Positions 21,453 through 30,976 of a stretch of DNA of 64,000 nucleotides are shown piece by piece. Each line of letters begins with the position of its first letter. The first letter of the stretch is position 1. Under the pieces are notes generated by a model that made no database searches, had not been told where the DNA came from, and saw nothing but the letters and a program-made list of their open reading frames with translations. The position numbers and the translations under genes were made by a program. The stretch comes from Pseudidiomarina sp. (GTDB taxonomy: Bacteria; Pseudomonadota; Gammaproteobacteria; Enterobacterales; Alteromonadaceae), in NCBI GenBank assembly GCA_048267225.1, contig JBLWXY010000001.1, positions 58,429 through 122,428 on the forward strand, in the 5' to 3' direction.

Positions 21453-23174
21453 ATGACGGCAACGCCGACCGTTCAACGCCGCGCGGATGTTGATGTAACT
21501 CAACTTCCGCAGGAATTGCCGTGGCTATTACGGCAAATCCTTGCGCGCCGTGGCGTGACCACAACGGAACAACTCGATTTACGCTTGCAGCGACTACCGC
21601 ACTTCGCTGAATTACACCATGCTGAACGTGCTGCGCAACGCTTGTTAGAAGCAATCGAACAGCAACAACACATCTGCATCTGTGGCGATTTTGATGCCGA
21701 TGGAGCAACTTCGACAGCGCTTATGGTCTCGGTATTACGCGCCATGGGGGCCAAGCAGGTCAGTTACTGTGTACCTAATAGGTTCACTGATGGTTATGGC
21801 TTGTCGCCGAACGTGGTGGCCTATGCTAAGCAACTCGGAGCCCAGCTACTGGTCACTGTCGATAGCGGCATTTCTTGCCATGCTGGTGTAACGGCGGCAA
21901 ATGATGCCGGTCTCGACGTGATTGTTACCGACCATCATTTAGCTGGAGCTGAGTTACCCGCAGCCTTCGCTATTGTTAATCCAAATCAGCCAGCCTGTTC
22001 GTTTCCGAGCAAATCCATAGCAGGGGTTGGCGTAGCTTTCTATGTGTTACTGGCGCTACGCGCCTTGGCACGTGAACGACAACACGCTGCGGCGCAGATT
22101 AATCTGGCGGAGTGGCTGGATTTAGTCGCCTTGGGCACCGTAGCCGACGTGGTCAAGCTTGACGGCACTAATCGGGTGTTGGTGCAACAAGGCTTGCAAC
22201 GTATTCGTGCCGGATGCTGTCGGCCAGGAATTCAAGCTTTGTTGCAAGTCACCCAACGTGAAGCTGAACGCTTGCAGGCCACAGATCTGGGCTTTGCTCT
22301 GGCGCCGCGTATTAATGCTGCCGGGCGTTTAGACGATATGGCAATTGGCATCGAATGCTTATTGAGTGAAGACCTCACTACCGCGTTAGAATTGGCGGGC
22401 CAGCTCAATGACTTAAATGCCGAGCGGCGTTCTATTGAGAGCGAAATGCGCGAGAGTGCGGCGCGTTATGTGGCCGATCTACAGCTTTCCGAGGCGCAAC
22501 TTCCGCCCTTGCTCGTATTGCATCAAGAAGGCTGGCACCAGGGCGTGGTGGGTATTGTCGCGGGGCGCGTCAAAGAGCAGTTTCATCGACCGACGATTAC
22601 CTTTGCCGCCGGCGATGATGGTCTACTCAAAGGTTCGGCGCGATCCATTCCGGGTTTGCATATGCGCGATTTACTGGAGCGCGTGCATACCTTGCACCCA
22701 CAGCTCATCGAGCGTTTCGGTGGCCATGCTATGGCTGCGGGTTTGTCGCTTGCGCCGGAAAATTTGACGGCGTTTAAGCAGGCGGCAACAGCAGTTGCGA
22801 GCGAATGGCTGGAAGCAGAGACATTGCAACGTAGTATCGTGACCGATGGCGGACTCGATGCTTCGTGTTTCACACAGGCGTTCGTCGAACAATTGCAGCG
22901 CTTAGGGCCGTGGGGACAAGGATTTCCTGAGCCGCTATTTGACGACATCTTGGTACTTGTTGATCAACGTATTGTTGGCAAAAATCACTTAAAACTTGTG
23001 TTGCAAACCGCCGATGGGGTCACCGTTGAAGGTATCGCGTTTAATGTTGATACTCAGCAATGGCCCGATCTCAGTGTCCGCAAAGCCCACCTCGTGTACA
23101 AGCTGCAACTGAATCACTTCCGTGGGCAGACCAATGTGCAACTGTTGGTGGAGCATTTGTTGCCTTTACGGTAA
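21453..23174 (+). CDS. recJ: single-stranded-DNA-specific exonuclease RecJ
   Basis: 573-aa ORF. DHH motifs (ICGDFDADGATS, TVDSG, VTDHH) and the DHHA1 GGHAMAAGL motif. Confidence 0.96.
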   Translation: MTATPTVQRRADVDVTQLPQELPWLLRQILARRGVTTTEQLDLRLQRLPHFAELHHAERAAQRLLEAIEQQQHICICGDFDADGATSTALMVSVLRAMGAKQVSYCVPNRFTDGYGLSPNVVAYAKQLGAQLLVTVDSGISCHAGVTAANDAGLDVIVTDHHLAGAELPAAFAIVNPNQPACSFPSKSIAGVGVAFYVLLALRALARERQHAAAQINLAEWLDLVALGTVADVVKLDGTNRVLVQQGLQRIRAGCCRPGIQALLQVTQREAERLQATDLGFALAPRINAAGRLDDMAIGIECLLSEDLTTALELAGQLNDLNAERRSIESEMRESAARYVADLQLSEAQLPPLLVLHQEGWHQGVVGIVAGRVKEQFHRPTITFAAGDDGLLKGSARSIPGLHMRDLLERVHTLHPQLIERFGGHAMAAGLSLAPENLTAFKQAATAVASEWLEAETLQRSIVTDGGLDASCFTQAFVEQLQRLGPWGQGFPEPLFDDILVLVDQRIVGKNHLKLVLQTADGVTVEGIAFNVDTQQWPDLSVRKAHLVYKLQLNHFRGQTNVQLLVEHLLPLR

Positions 23175-23218
23175 AATGCCGTCCCTTTTGCAAACAACCT
23201 TGGATGAAAGCACGTTTT

Positions 23219-24317
23219 ATGTTCGAAACCAATGCAACTTATGTAGCCATAAAAGAAATGCGCGAACGCAGCGAAGCGCTTCGGGGGTATCTTTGACTAC
23301 GCTCAAAAAGTTGAGCGTTTAGAAGAGGTTACCCGTGAACTTGAGGACCCTAGTGTATGGGATGATCAAGAGCGCGCACAGGCATTAGGTAAAGAACGAG
23401 CGAGCCTTGAACAGGTTGTCGAGACGTTGCAGAATTTGGCCCAAGGTCTTGATGATGTTGAAGGTCTCGTCGACTTAGCGGTGGAAGCCGAAGACGAAGA
23501 CACCTACAACGAAGCCGTGACTGAATTGGATGACCTTGAACAACAGTTGGCGACGTTAGAGTTTCGCCGTATGTTTTCGGGCCCGCAAGATGGTTCTGAT
23601 TGCTATTTGGACATTCAAGCTGGCTCAGGTGGAACCGAAGCGCAGGATTGGTCCAATATGCTGCTACGCATGTACTTGCGTTGGGCTGAGAGCCATGACT
23701 TTAAAGCCGAGATCACCGAATTATCAGAAGGCGAAGTAGCAGGCATTAAATCGGCGACAGTGCGTATTCAAGGTGAGTATGCGTACGGTTGGTTGCGCAC
23801 GGAGACAGGCGTCCACCGACTCGTACGTAAGTCGCCGTTTGACTCTGGCAATCGCCGCCATACATCCTTTGCTTCGGTATTCGTCTACCCTGAAATCGAC
23901 GACTCGATTGACATTGAGATAAATCCGGCGGACTTACGTGTCGATACCTACCGTGCCTCAGGCGCCGGTGGTCAGCACGTTAACCGTACCGACTCGGCGA
24001 TTCGTATTACCCACGAACCAAGTGGCATTGTCGTACAATGTCAAAGTGACCGCTCGCAGCACAAAAACCGCGATGCGGCGATGAAGCAATTACGGGCAAA
24101 ACTGTACGAAATGGAGTTGCAGAAGCAGCTCGCCGAAAAACAAGCGCTGGAAGACAGCAAATCAGATATTGGCTGGGGCAGCCAAATCCGCTCTTATGTG
24201 CTAGATGACGCCCGTATTAAAGATTTACGTACCGGCGTTGAGAATCGCAACACCCAAGCGGTGCTCGACGGCGCGCTAGACCCATTTATTGAAGCAAGTT
24301 TGAAATCTGGACTGTAA
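23219..24317 (+). CDS. prfB: peptide chain release factor 2, requires a programmed +1 frameshift at 23291-23297
   Basis: Frame 0 from ATG 23219 gives [25 protein letters not shown], then an in-frame TGA at 23294-23296. The +1 frame continues from GAC 23295 into track ORF 23427-24317, which carries SPF and GGQ (SGAGGQHVN) motifs. Confidence 0.95.
23283..23297 (+). other. prfB +1 ribosomal frameshift signal
   Basis: GGGGG TAT CTT TGA C. An internal SD-like GGGGG sits 3 nt before the slippery CTT, with stop TGA followed by C. Identical in form to the E. coli prfB site AGGGGGUAUCUUUGAC. Confidence 0.95.
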
Positions 24318-24331
24318 ATAGGAACCAAACC

Positions 24332-25846
24332 ATGGCAGAGAACACGCAAAACACCGAAGTCGTTGATGTAAATGAACAAATTGCACAACGAAAGGCCAAG
24401 TTGAAAGCCTTGCGTGAGCGCGGTGTAGCGTTCCCTAATGATTTTCGCCGCGAAGACTTAGCTGCAGACTTGCATGCCGAGTACGACAATGTGGAAAAAG
24501 AAGCGCTAGCCGAAAAAGGTATCCGTGTTGCCGTAGCTGGGCGCATGATGACGCGTCGTATTATGGGTAAAGCGAGTTTTGCGACCATCAAGGATATGAC
24601 CGGCAGCATTCAGCTCTACGTGGCGCGCGATAATCTGCCAGAGGGCTTCTACAACCAAGAGTTCAAAAAGTGGGATCTTGGTGACATCGTTGGTGCTACT
24701 GGTACTTTGTTCATTACAGGGACTGGCGAGTTAAGTGTACATGTGGATGATGTACGGCTACTTACCAAAGCACTGCGCCCATTGCCGGACAAGTTCCACG
24801 GTTTGGCTGATCAGGAAACACGTTATCGCCAACGTTACCTTGATTTGATCACTAATGACGATTCACGTCGTACCTTTATTGTGCGCTCCAAGGTCGTTGA
24901 CTACATTCGTCGTTATTTAACTGCTAAGCAATTTCTAGAAGTCGAAACGCCGATGATGCAAACCATCCCTGGTGGGGCTGCTGCGCGGCCGTTTGTGACC
25001 CATCACAACGCGCTCGATATGGAGTTGTACTTGCGTATCGCGCCTGAGCTTTATCTGAAGCGCTTAGTCGTGGGTGGTTTTGAGAAAGTTTTCGAAATTA
25101 ACCGTAACTTCCGTAACGAAGGCCTGTCGACTCGACATAACCCAGAATTCACTATGCTTGAGTTCTATTGGGGCTACGCAGATTATCGTGATCTTATGGA
25201 TCTTACCGAAGACATGTTGCGTGGTATGACCGAAGAGATTTTGGGTTCGAGTCAATTTACCAGCGAGGGCGTTGACTATGACTTCAGCCAGCCGTTCGTG
25301 CGCATGACGGTCAACGAAGCGATTCTACAGCACCTTCCAGAGGCCACTGAAGTGCAGTTGAACACCTTGGAAGCGGCAACGAAGTTGGCAGAAAGCATCG
25401 GTATTAAGGTCAAGCCAAACTGGGGCTTGGGCAAAGTGCAAATCGAAATTTTTGAAGAAGTCGCTGAGCACAAGTTGATTCAACCGACCTTTATCACCGC
25501 CTACCCAGCGGAAGTGTCGCCATTGGCACGTCGCAATGACGAAGATCCGCACATTACGGACCGCTTTGAGTTCTTTGTTGGCGGCCGTGAACTCGCCAAT
25601 GGCTTCTCGGAATTGAACGATGCCGAAGACCAAGCTGAGCGCTTCCAGCATCAGGTCCAGCAAAAAGAAGCTGGCGATGACGAAGCGATGTTCTTCGATG
25701 AAGACTACATCACTGCATTGGAGCACGGTTTGCCGCCGACGGCGGGCGAAGGCATCGGCATTGACCGCTTGGTGATGCTGCTTACGGATTCACCGTCAAT
25801 TCGTGACGTCTTGCTCTTCCCACACATGCGTCCGCGCAAAGACTAA
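24332..25846 (+). CDS. lysS: lysine--tRNA ligase (class II)
   Basis: 504-aa ORF. OB-fold N-domain and class II motifs (FRNEG, GLGIDRL-type [14 protein letters not shown]). prfB-lysS operon order. Confidence 0.97.
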   Translation: MAENTQNTEVVDVNEQIAQRKAKLKALRERGVAFPNDFRREDLAADLHAEYDNVEKEALAEKGIRVAVAGRMMTRRIMGKASFATIKDMTGSIQLYVARDNLPEGFYNQEFKKWDLGDIVGATGTLFITGTGELSVHVDDVRLLTKALRPLPDKFHGLADQETRYRQRYLDLITNDDSRRTFIVRSKVVDYIRRYLTAKQFLEVETPMMQTIPGGAAARPFVTHHNALDMELYLRIAPELYLKRLVVGGFEKVFEINRNFRNEGLSTRHNPEFTMLEFYWGYADYRDLMDLTEDMLRGMTEEILGSSQFTSEGVDYDFSQPFVRMTVNEAILQHLPEATEVQLNTLEAATKLAESIGIKVKPNWGLGKVQIEIFEEVAEHKLIQPTFITAYPAEVSPLARRNDEDPHITDRFEFFVGGRELANGFSELNDAEDQAERFQHQVQQKEAGDDEAMFFDEDYITALEHGLPPTAGEGIGIDRLVMLLTDSPSIRDVLLFPHMRPRKD

Positions 25847-25849
25847 ATT

Positions 25850-26995
25850 TTAAGGCAAGGCTTGTAGAAAGTCCTCAAGGAGTTCGTGTCGGTCTTCGAT
25901 GCCGCACGACATACGTAGCAAATCATCGGGGCAGGGAGTACCTTCTCCCTCAATGCTAGCGCGGTGCTCAATGAGGCTCTCTACGCCACCAAGGGAAGTC
26001 GCGCGTTTCCATAGCTTGGTATTCGCGGCGACGTGAATGGCTGCAGCGGCGCCGTCTTTTAAGCGTACGGACAGCATGCCACCAAAGCCGCTGGTCATCT
26101 GTTGCTTGGCAATTGCATGCCCTGCGAAGCTGGGTAAGCCTGGATAAAGAACCTCGACCACTGCGGGATGCTGCTCTAACTGCTCAGCAATAAATTGCGC
26201 CGTTTGGCAGGCTTCGCGTACGCGCAAATGCATGGTACGCATACCCCGTAAAAGTTGTGCTGCATCATGGGGGCTGGGCACGGCGCCGTTTTGTGCGCGC
26301 ACTGCACGAATGCGTTGCCAGTAGGCGTCATCATGGGCACCAATTAAAGCTCCCGCAATAACATCTGAGTGGCCATTGAGATATTTGGTAGCCGAGTGCA
26401 TGACAATGTCGGCACCGAGTTTTAACGGCTGGGTCAACAACGGCGTTGCACAAGTCGAGTCTACTGCAACTTGCGCACCCACCCCATGAGCTGCTTCCGC
26501 TATAGCGCGAATGTCGCTAATGCACCAAAGCGGATTCCCTGGCGTCTCGAGCCAAACTAATTGGGTTTCGCCCGTCCGCAAGTGACGGGAAACGGCCTCG
26601 CTGTTGGTCATATCGATGAATTCGATGCGCAAACCCCAATCAGTGGCAAAGTTGAGTAACCAGTTGCGCAGCGCCCAATACATGACTTTAGGCGCAAGTA
26701 CGTGATCGCCTGGACGTAAGCCCTGAAAAACTGCAGTCGCAGCGGCCATACCAGAGCCAAACAGCAAGGCTTCATGACCGGCTTCAAGCTCGGTCAGTAA
26801 GGCTTCGACCGGCTTATAGGTCGGGTTATCGGCGCGCGAATAGATATTCCCGGTGGGGTAACTATTATCTTTACCGCGTAAATAAGTTGTGGCGACATGT
26901 ATGGGCGGCACCACGGCTTGGGTTTCGTCATCGATCTTGCCAAGGGACTGGGCTAGCGCCGTGGCAGGTGAGTATGGATAGTTTTTAGTCGACAT
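25850..26995 (-). CDS. Cys/Met-metabolism PLP-dependent enzyme (cystathionine gamma-synthase/lyase family); exact specificity not determinable
   Basis: 381-aa ORF. PLP-lysine block DIVMHSATKYLNGHSDV and the family N-terminal Y..RADNPT block. Confidence 0.85.
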   Translation of the reverse strand: MSTKNYPYSPATALAQSLGKIDDETQAVVPPIHVATTYLRGKDNSYPTGNIYSRADNPTYKPVEALLTELEAGHEALLFGSGMAAATAVFQGLRPGDHVLAPKVMYWALRNWLLNFATDWGLRIEFIDMTNSEAVSRHLRTGETQLVWLETPGNPLWCISDIRAIAEAAHGVGAQVAVDSTCATPLLTQPLKLGADIVMHSATKYLNGHSDVIAGALIGAHDDAYWQRIRAVRAQNGAVPSPHDAAQLLRGMRTMHLRVREACQTAQFIAEQLEQHPAVVEVLYPGLPSFAGHAIAKQQMTSGFGGMLSVRLKDGAAAAIHVAANTKLWKRATSLGGVESLIEHRASIEGEGTPCPDDLLRMSCGIEDRHELLEDFLQALP

Positions 26996-27063
26996 GAACA
27001 GCTAAGTCTCTAGCGGCGGAATTATCGGCTTAGAGTAAAGCTTTCGAGGTGGTTTGCAAAGCA

Positions 27064-27095
27064 CAAAAAAACGCACCCGAAGGTGCGTCTTTTTT
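27064..27095. terminator. bidirectional rho-independent terminator (serves slyD on the minus strand)
   Basis: A7 tract, stem ACGCACC (27071-27077), loop CGAA, stem GGTGCGT (27082-27088), then a T-rich tract CTTTTTT. Reads as hairpin plus U-tract on both strands. Confidence 0.8.
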
Positions 27096-27114
27096 GACTA
27101 CAACTCAAGATCAC

Positions 27115-27603
27115 TTAGTCGTGATCGTGGTTGCCATCAGTGTGTACGTGACCGTGTTCCAATTCACTTGGATCGGCGTCACGAACTTCAACCACTTCAA
27201 CATCAAAGTTGAGTGCTACACCCGCTAATGGGTGGTTGCCGTCAACAGTGACTTGATCATCGTTAACTTCAACGATAACCACTGACTGTTCACCGTGATC
27301 GGTGCTCGCACGGAATTGCATGCCTGGCTCAACTGGGTTGTCGCCAAAGAGATTGCGTGGCACGCTTTGAATAAGACCGTCGTGACGTTCACCGTACGCA
27401 TTCTCTGGGTCGATATCTGTAGCGAACTTATCACCTTCAGATTTTCCAGCTAAAGCGTCTTCAAGGCCTTTGATTAACATGCCGCGACCAAAGATAAACT
27501 GTAAAGGCTGACCTTCTTTTGACTGGTCGAGTACTTGGCCTTCAGCGGTCTTCACGGTGTAGTGAATACCGACAACTTTGTCTTGGCTAATGGTTTGAGT
27601 CAT
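27115..27603 (-). CDS. slyD: FKBP-type peptidyl-prolyl cis-trans isomerase SlyD
   Basis: 162-aa ORF. FKBP plus IF-domain layout collinear with E. coli SlyD (VTVDGNHPLAGVALNFDVEVVEVR). Short His-rich tail HGHVHTDGNHDHD. Confidence 0.9.
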   Translation of the reverse strand: MTQTISQDKVVGIHYTVKTAEGQVLDQSKEGQPLQFIFGRGMLIKGLEDALAGKSEGDKFATDIDPENAYGERHDGLIQSVPRNLFGDNPVEPGMQFRASTDHGEQSVVIVEVNDDQVTVDGNHPLAGVALNFDVEVVEVRDADPSELEHGHVHTDGNHDHD

Positions 27604-28544
27604 GATTCATCCAATTTATAGGGCAGTGGGTAAATTTCCAAGAGACTCGCGTCATCACCTTTGATGCGTAACTTGGTGTCACTATCGAGATCACTCGGTA
27701 GCACCGCCAATACATCAAGATGTTGTTCGGTACGGCTCACTGCATTAATTACCGTACCTGCACGCCGCCAGTTTTCACCGAGCTGCTGCTCAACAGTTGC
27801 GCCTGCTGAGACCGGCTCACCGTGACCACTTAAGCGGAAAAGTGCACGCTTTTGTTTACCCAAATATTTCATTCGGGCGACCGTCTCTTGGCCGATATAA
27901 CACCCCTTACTAAAGCTGATACCATTTAAGGCTTGTAAATTCAGCATTTGGGGTACGAACTCTTGTATTGTACCTGAAAATAGGGTCGGTCGGCCACGTT
28001 CGATTTCCAGCGCCTGCCAATAGGCAAGGTCTGAATTACTTGGTAGCGCGTCACCTTTATTCAAGCACAGGTATTGATCCGGTTGCGTACCTAAGCTCAG
28101 CACCATAGCTTGCTCGGTGCGGCTTAGCGCTGGCACGTCCGCTGTTGCTAAGGGGGCATCGAGCAACTCGGCTAAACGCGCCGGTGCAGCGGTACCAAAT
28201 ACACCGAGCAACTGAAAATCGTCGCTGGCATCGCGGATGTCAACCTTACTAAAGACGCCGAACTTCTGTAGCTGCGCTAAAGAAGCTTCCATCGCCGGCT
28301 TTGACGTCACTAAGAGTACGCCATCACCGTCACGAACCAGAAAGAAGTTGCTCAGGGTTTTACCTTTGTTGTCGCAATGGGCGCCATAGATCCAGTTATC
28401 TTCGCCGAGTTGTTGCAGGTCACAGGTGAATTGACCTTGTAAAAAACTCTCGGTCTCAGGCCCTGAAACTTGCAGTATGCCGTGATCAGCTAGGGAAACA
28501 GTTACGTATTCCGGTGGAGCTTTGGTAAACTCTGTTGTGAGCAC
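27600..28544 (-). CDS. ygfZ: tRNA-modifying folate-binding protein YgfZ
   Basis: Signature SFSKGCYIGQETVARMKY and C-terminal PLPY. Start set at GTG 28544, 6 nt after GAGG (the track TTG 28550 abuts the SD). ATGA overlap with slyD. Confidence 0.9.
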   Translation of the reverse strand: MLTTEFTKAPPEYVTVSLADHGILQVSGPETESFLQGQFTCDLQQLGEDNWIYGAHCDNKGKTLSNFFLVRDGDGVLLVTSKPAMEASLAQLQKFGVFSKVDIRDASDDFQLLGVFGTAAPARLAELLDAPLATADVPALSRTEQAMVLSLGTQPDQYLCLNKGDALPSNSDLAYWQALEIERGRPTLFSGTIQEFVPQMLNLQALNGISFSKGCYIGQETVARMKYLGKQKRALFRLSGHGEPVSAGATVEQQLGENWRRAGTVINAVSRTEQHLDVLAVLPSDLDSDTKLRIKGDDASLLEIYPLPYKLDES

Positions 28545-28625
28545 AATCAACCTCGTTATCTATTCGTTGATGTCAAAACGTCTATGACAGATAGGTGGGG
28601 ACAGTTTTTAATTATACAAGGGGCG

Positions 28626-28910
28626 ATGTCAGAACCTATGGAAAAATTACAACAGAATGCAGATTCATTACGCGATAAGAACCGTCTGCGTTGGGCGTGT
28701 CGCCGCGGAATGTTGGAATTGGATGTGCTTTTTATGCCGTTTGTCGAACAGGCCTACGATGACTTAGATAGCGAACAGCAGGCGGCTTTCCGACGCTTGT
28801 TGACCTGTGACGATCCCGATCTCTTTGCTTGGTTTATGGGACACCAAAAATGTGAAGACGCTGAGCTTAAAGGTATGGTGGATTACATTTTGAGTCGTGT
28901 GAAGGTTTAA
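28626..28910 (+). CDS. sdhE: FAD assembly factor SdhE (YgfY)
   Basis: RLRWACRRGMLELDVLFMPF, containing the RGxxE motif, and DDPDLFAWFMGH. Start uncertain (ATG 28584, 28626 or 28638); homology length favours the two later starts. Confidence 0.88.
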   Translation: MSEPMEKLQQNADSLRDKNRLRWACRRGMLELDVLFMPFVEQAYDDLDSEQQAAFRRLLTCDDPDLFAWFMGHQKCEDAELKGMVDYILSRVKV

Positions 28911-28911
28911 C

Positions 28912-29208
28912 ATGTGGCTGTGTTGCCAGCGTCCATGGCGCTGGTGGGCCAAAGCTGGCTCAGTGTGGTCGATCGATGAGCATTTGGGCACATTTACCGA
29001 GCTTGGCGCAGACCACCCCCTGGTGTTATCGCGGCCACGTTGGGTATTGGTCACCCCTTGGTTGGTGATGTTTTATTTTACTCGCGTACGCCAGGGCCAG
29101 CAGCGCCTCAGCGCACGCTGGTGGTGCTGCTGCCAAAGTTGGACCGATGCCGTTGCCTTCGCGCGCTGTCGCCGCTTAGCTATGCTTTGGCGTGAGCACC
29201 GTCGGTGA
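28912..29208 (+). CDS. hypothetical Trp/Arg/Cys-rich protein in the ygfX (cptA) position; possibly a YgfX-like protein with no transmembrane segment, or non-coding
   Basis: 98-aa ORF starting 1 nt after the sdhE stop. 10 Trp, no hydrophobic run long enough for a TM helix. Loose resemblance to the ends of E. coli YgfX, from memory. The last 33 nt overlap the 3' end of convergent nadB. Confidence 0.4.
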   Translation: MWLCCQRPWRWWAKAGSVWSIDEHLGTFTELGADHPLVLSRPRWVLVTPWLVMFYFTRVRQGQQRLSARWWCCCQSWTDAVAFARCRRLAMLWREHRR

Positions 29209-30792
29209 TGGTGCGCTAAGCAGTTCCGGGTAATCTAGGGTGTAGTGCAAACCACGGCTTTCTTTGCGTTGCATGGCGCAATGTACGATCAGCTCTGCTA
29301 CTTGCACCAAATTACGCAACTCCAGCAGGTTATTACTCACGCGGAAATTGCTGTAATACTCATGAATTTCTTGTTGTAACAGCTCAATACGGCGCAGGGC
29401 GCGTTCGAGGCGCTTGCTGGTACGTACAATACCGACGTAATCCCACATGAAAAGCCGTAATTCATGCCAATTGTGTTGAATAATGACTTCTTCATCGGAA
29501 TTCGTCACTTTACTCTCGTCCCAACGCGGCAGGTCAAGTTTAAGCTCAACTTCATTGAGACGTTGGCAAATATCGGCAGCCGCTGCCTGCGCAAACACCA
29601 AGCATTCGAGTAGAGAGTTGCTCGCCATGCGATTGGCACCGTGCAGGCCGGTATAGGCGACTTCACCTATGGCATAAAGGTGAGGGATATCCGTCCGCGC
29701 CTGTAGGTTTGTCATGACCCCACCGCAAGTGTAATGAGCTGCCGGCACGACAGGCATAGCTTGCTGGGTAATATCAATGCCAAGACTCAAGCACTTTTCA
29801 TAAATGGTGGGAAAATGCTCTTTAATAAACTCTGGCGCTTGGTGCGAAATGTCTAGATACATGCAGTCGGCACCTAAACGTTTCATTTCATAATCAATAG
29901 CACGAGCCACAACGTCGCGTGGAGCTAGTTCGGCGTCCTCATGAAAGTCGGGCATAAAGCGTGAGCCGTCTGGACGTTTCAACACTGCGCCTTCACCGCG
30001 TAAAGCTTCGGTTAGCAGAAACGAGTGGGCGTTCGGGTGAAACAAGCAAGTGGGGTGGAATTGATTAAATTCCATGTTAGCTACGCGACAACCAGCGCGC
30101 CAAGCCATGGCAATACCGTCGCCGCTAGCGACATCTGGATTAGACGTGTACTGGTAAACTTTACTCGCCCCGCCGGTGGCTAAGGCGACGAAACGGGCGG
30201 CTACGGTTTCCACACGTTCGGCTTTGCGGTTCCAGATATAAGCTCCATAGACGCGTTGAACTTCATTCACTGCGCTATGGGTATGCCGTGCGGTAATCAG
30301 GTCAACCGCATTGTAACGCTCTAAAACCCGAATGTTCGGGTGCATTTTTACTTTATCGACAAGAGTGGTTTGCACGGCGCGTCCCGTGGCGTCTGCGGCG
30401 TGCAGAATACGGCGGTGACTATGGCCACCTTCTTGGTTTAGGTGAAATTTACTTTCGCCGTCGGCACTGTCAACGCGGTCAAAGCCAACCCCAAGGTCAA
30501 TCAACCATTGCAAGCTTTTCTTGGCATTTTGCGTGGTATAGGCAACGGCTTCTGGATCACATAAACCAGCCCCCGCAATTAACGTATCTTGAATGTGGCT
30601 TTCAATGCTATCATTCTCATCGAATACGGCAGCAATGCCGCCTTGCGCATAATAGGTTGAACCTTCCGTTAATGGGCCTTTGGAAAGTACTAACACTTGC
30701 GCTTGATCAGCGAGGTGTAAAGCGAGCGTTAAACCTGCGGCGCCACTACCAATAATGAGCACGTCGCATTGATAATCGATGACTTGTTCCAT
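29176..30792 (-). CDS. nadB: L-aspartate oxidase
   Basis: 538-aa ORF. FAD-binding [13 protein letters not shown]-terminus. Fumarate reductase/succinate dehydrogenase flavoprotein-like blocks. Confidence 0.96.
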   Translation of the reverse strand: MEQVIDYQCDVLIIGSGAAGLTLALHLADQAQVLVLSKGPLTEGSTYYAQGGIAAVFDENDSIESHIQDTLIAGAGLCDPEAVAYTTQNAKKSLQWLIDLGVGFDRVDSADGESKFHLNQEGGHSHRRILHAADATGRAVQTTLVDKVKMHPNIRVLERYNAVDLITARHTHSAVNEVQRVYGAYIWNRKAERVETVAARFVALATGGASKVYQYTSNPDVASGDGIAMAWRAGCRVANMEFNQFHPTCLFHPNAHSFLLTEALRGEGAVLKRPDGSRFMPDFHEDAELAPRDVVARAIDYEMKRLGADCMYLDISHQAPEFIKEHFPTIYEKCLSLGIDITQQAMPVVPAAHYTCGGVMTNLQARTDIPHLYAIGEVAYTGLHGANRMASNSLLECLVFAQAAAADICQRLNEVELKLDLPRWDESKVTNSDEEVIIQHNWHELRLFMWDYVGIVRTSKRLERALRRIELLQQEIHEYYSNFRVSNNLLELRNLVQVAELIVHCAMQRKESRGLHYTLDYPELLSAPSPTVLTPKHS

Positions 30793-30872
30793 AGAGTAGG
30801 GATTTCGTAGAGCGCAATGCGCTGTTTTGCCAACGGAATAGCAGCGATTTTACGCGTTTAGAAAAAATTTGC

Positions 30873-30899
30873 GAACTTTTTGGAAATAGCCCTGTCTGA
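30873..30899 (+). promoter_or_regulatory. sigmaE-dependent promoter candidate for rpoE-rseABC (rpoE P2 equivalent)
   Basis: GAACTT (30873-30878), 16-nt spacer, TCTGA (30895-30899). Matches the sigmaE consensus GGAACTT-N16-TCNAA and the layout of E. coli rpoE P2. Lies 78 nt upstream of the rpoE ATG. Confidence 0.6.
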
Positions 30900-30976
30900 A
30901 CCACCAGCACGCATAAATAAAGGTAGTTGGGCCTGGTTCGCAGTACAAAGATGTGGGTTAAGGAGAACAGGCTCAA

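Noticed and set aside
21169-21708. 179-aa minus-strand ORF spanning the dsbC-recJ junction
   Set aside because: Arg/His/Ser-rich nonsense-like sequence. It overlaps two well-supported plus-strand genes. No start context.
26996-27063. Possible SAM riboswitch or MetJ boxes upstream of the Cys/Met PLP enzyme
   Set aside because: Only about 68 nt lie between the start codon and the slyD terminator, which is too short for an S-box. No tandem AGACGTCT-like repeats are visible.
28551-28625. Short inverted repeats (TGTCA-N9-TGACA, TATCT...AGATA) in the ygfZ-sdhE divergent gap, considered as an operator
   Set aside because: The arms are only 5 bp and imperfectly extendable, which is expected by chance in a 75-nt AT-rich spacer.
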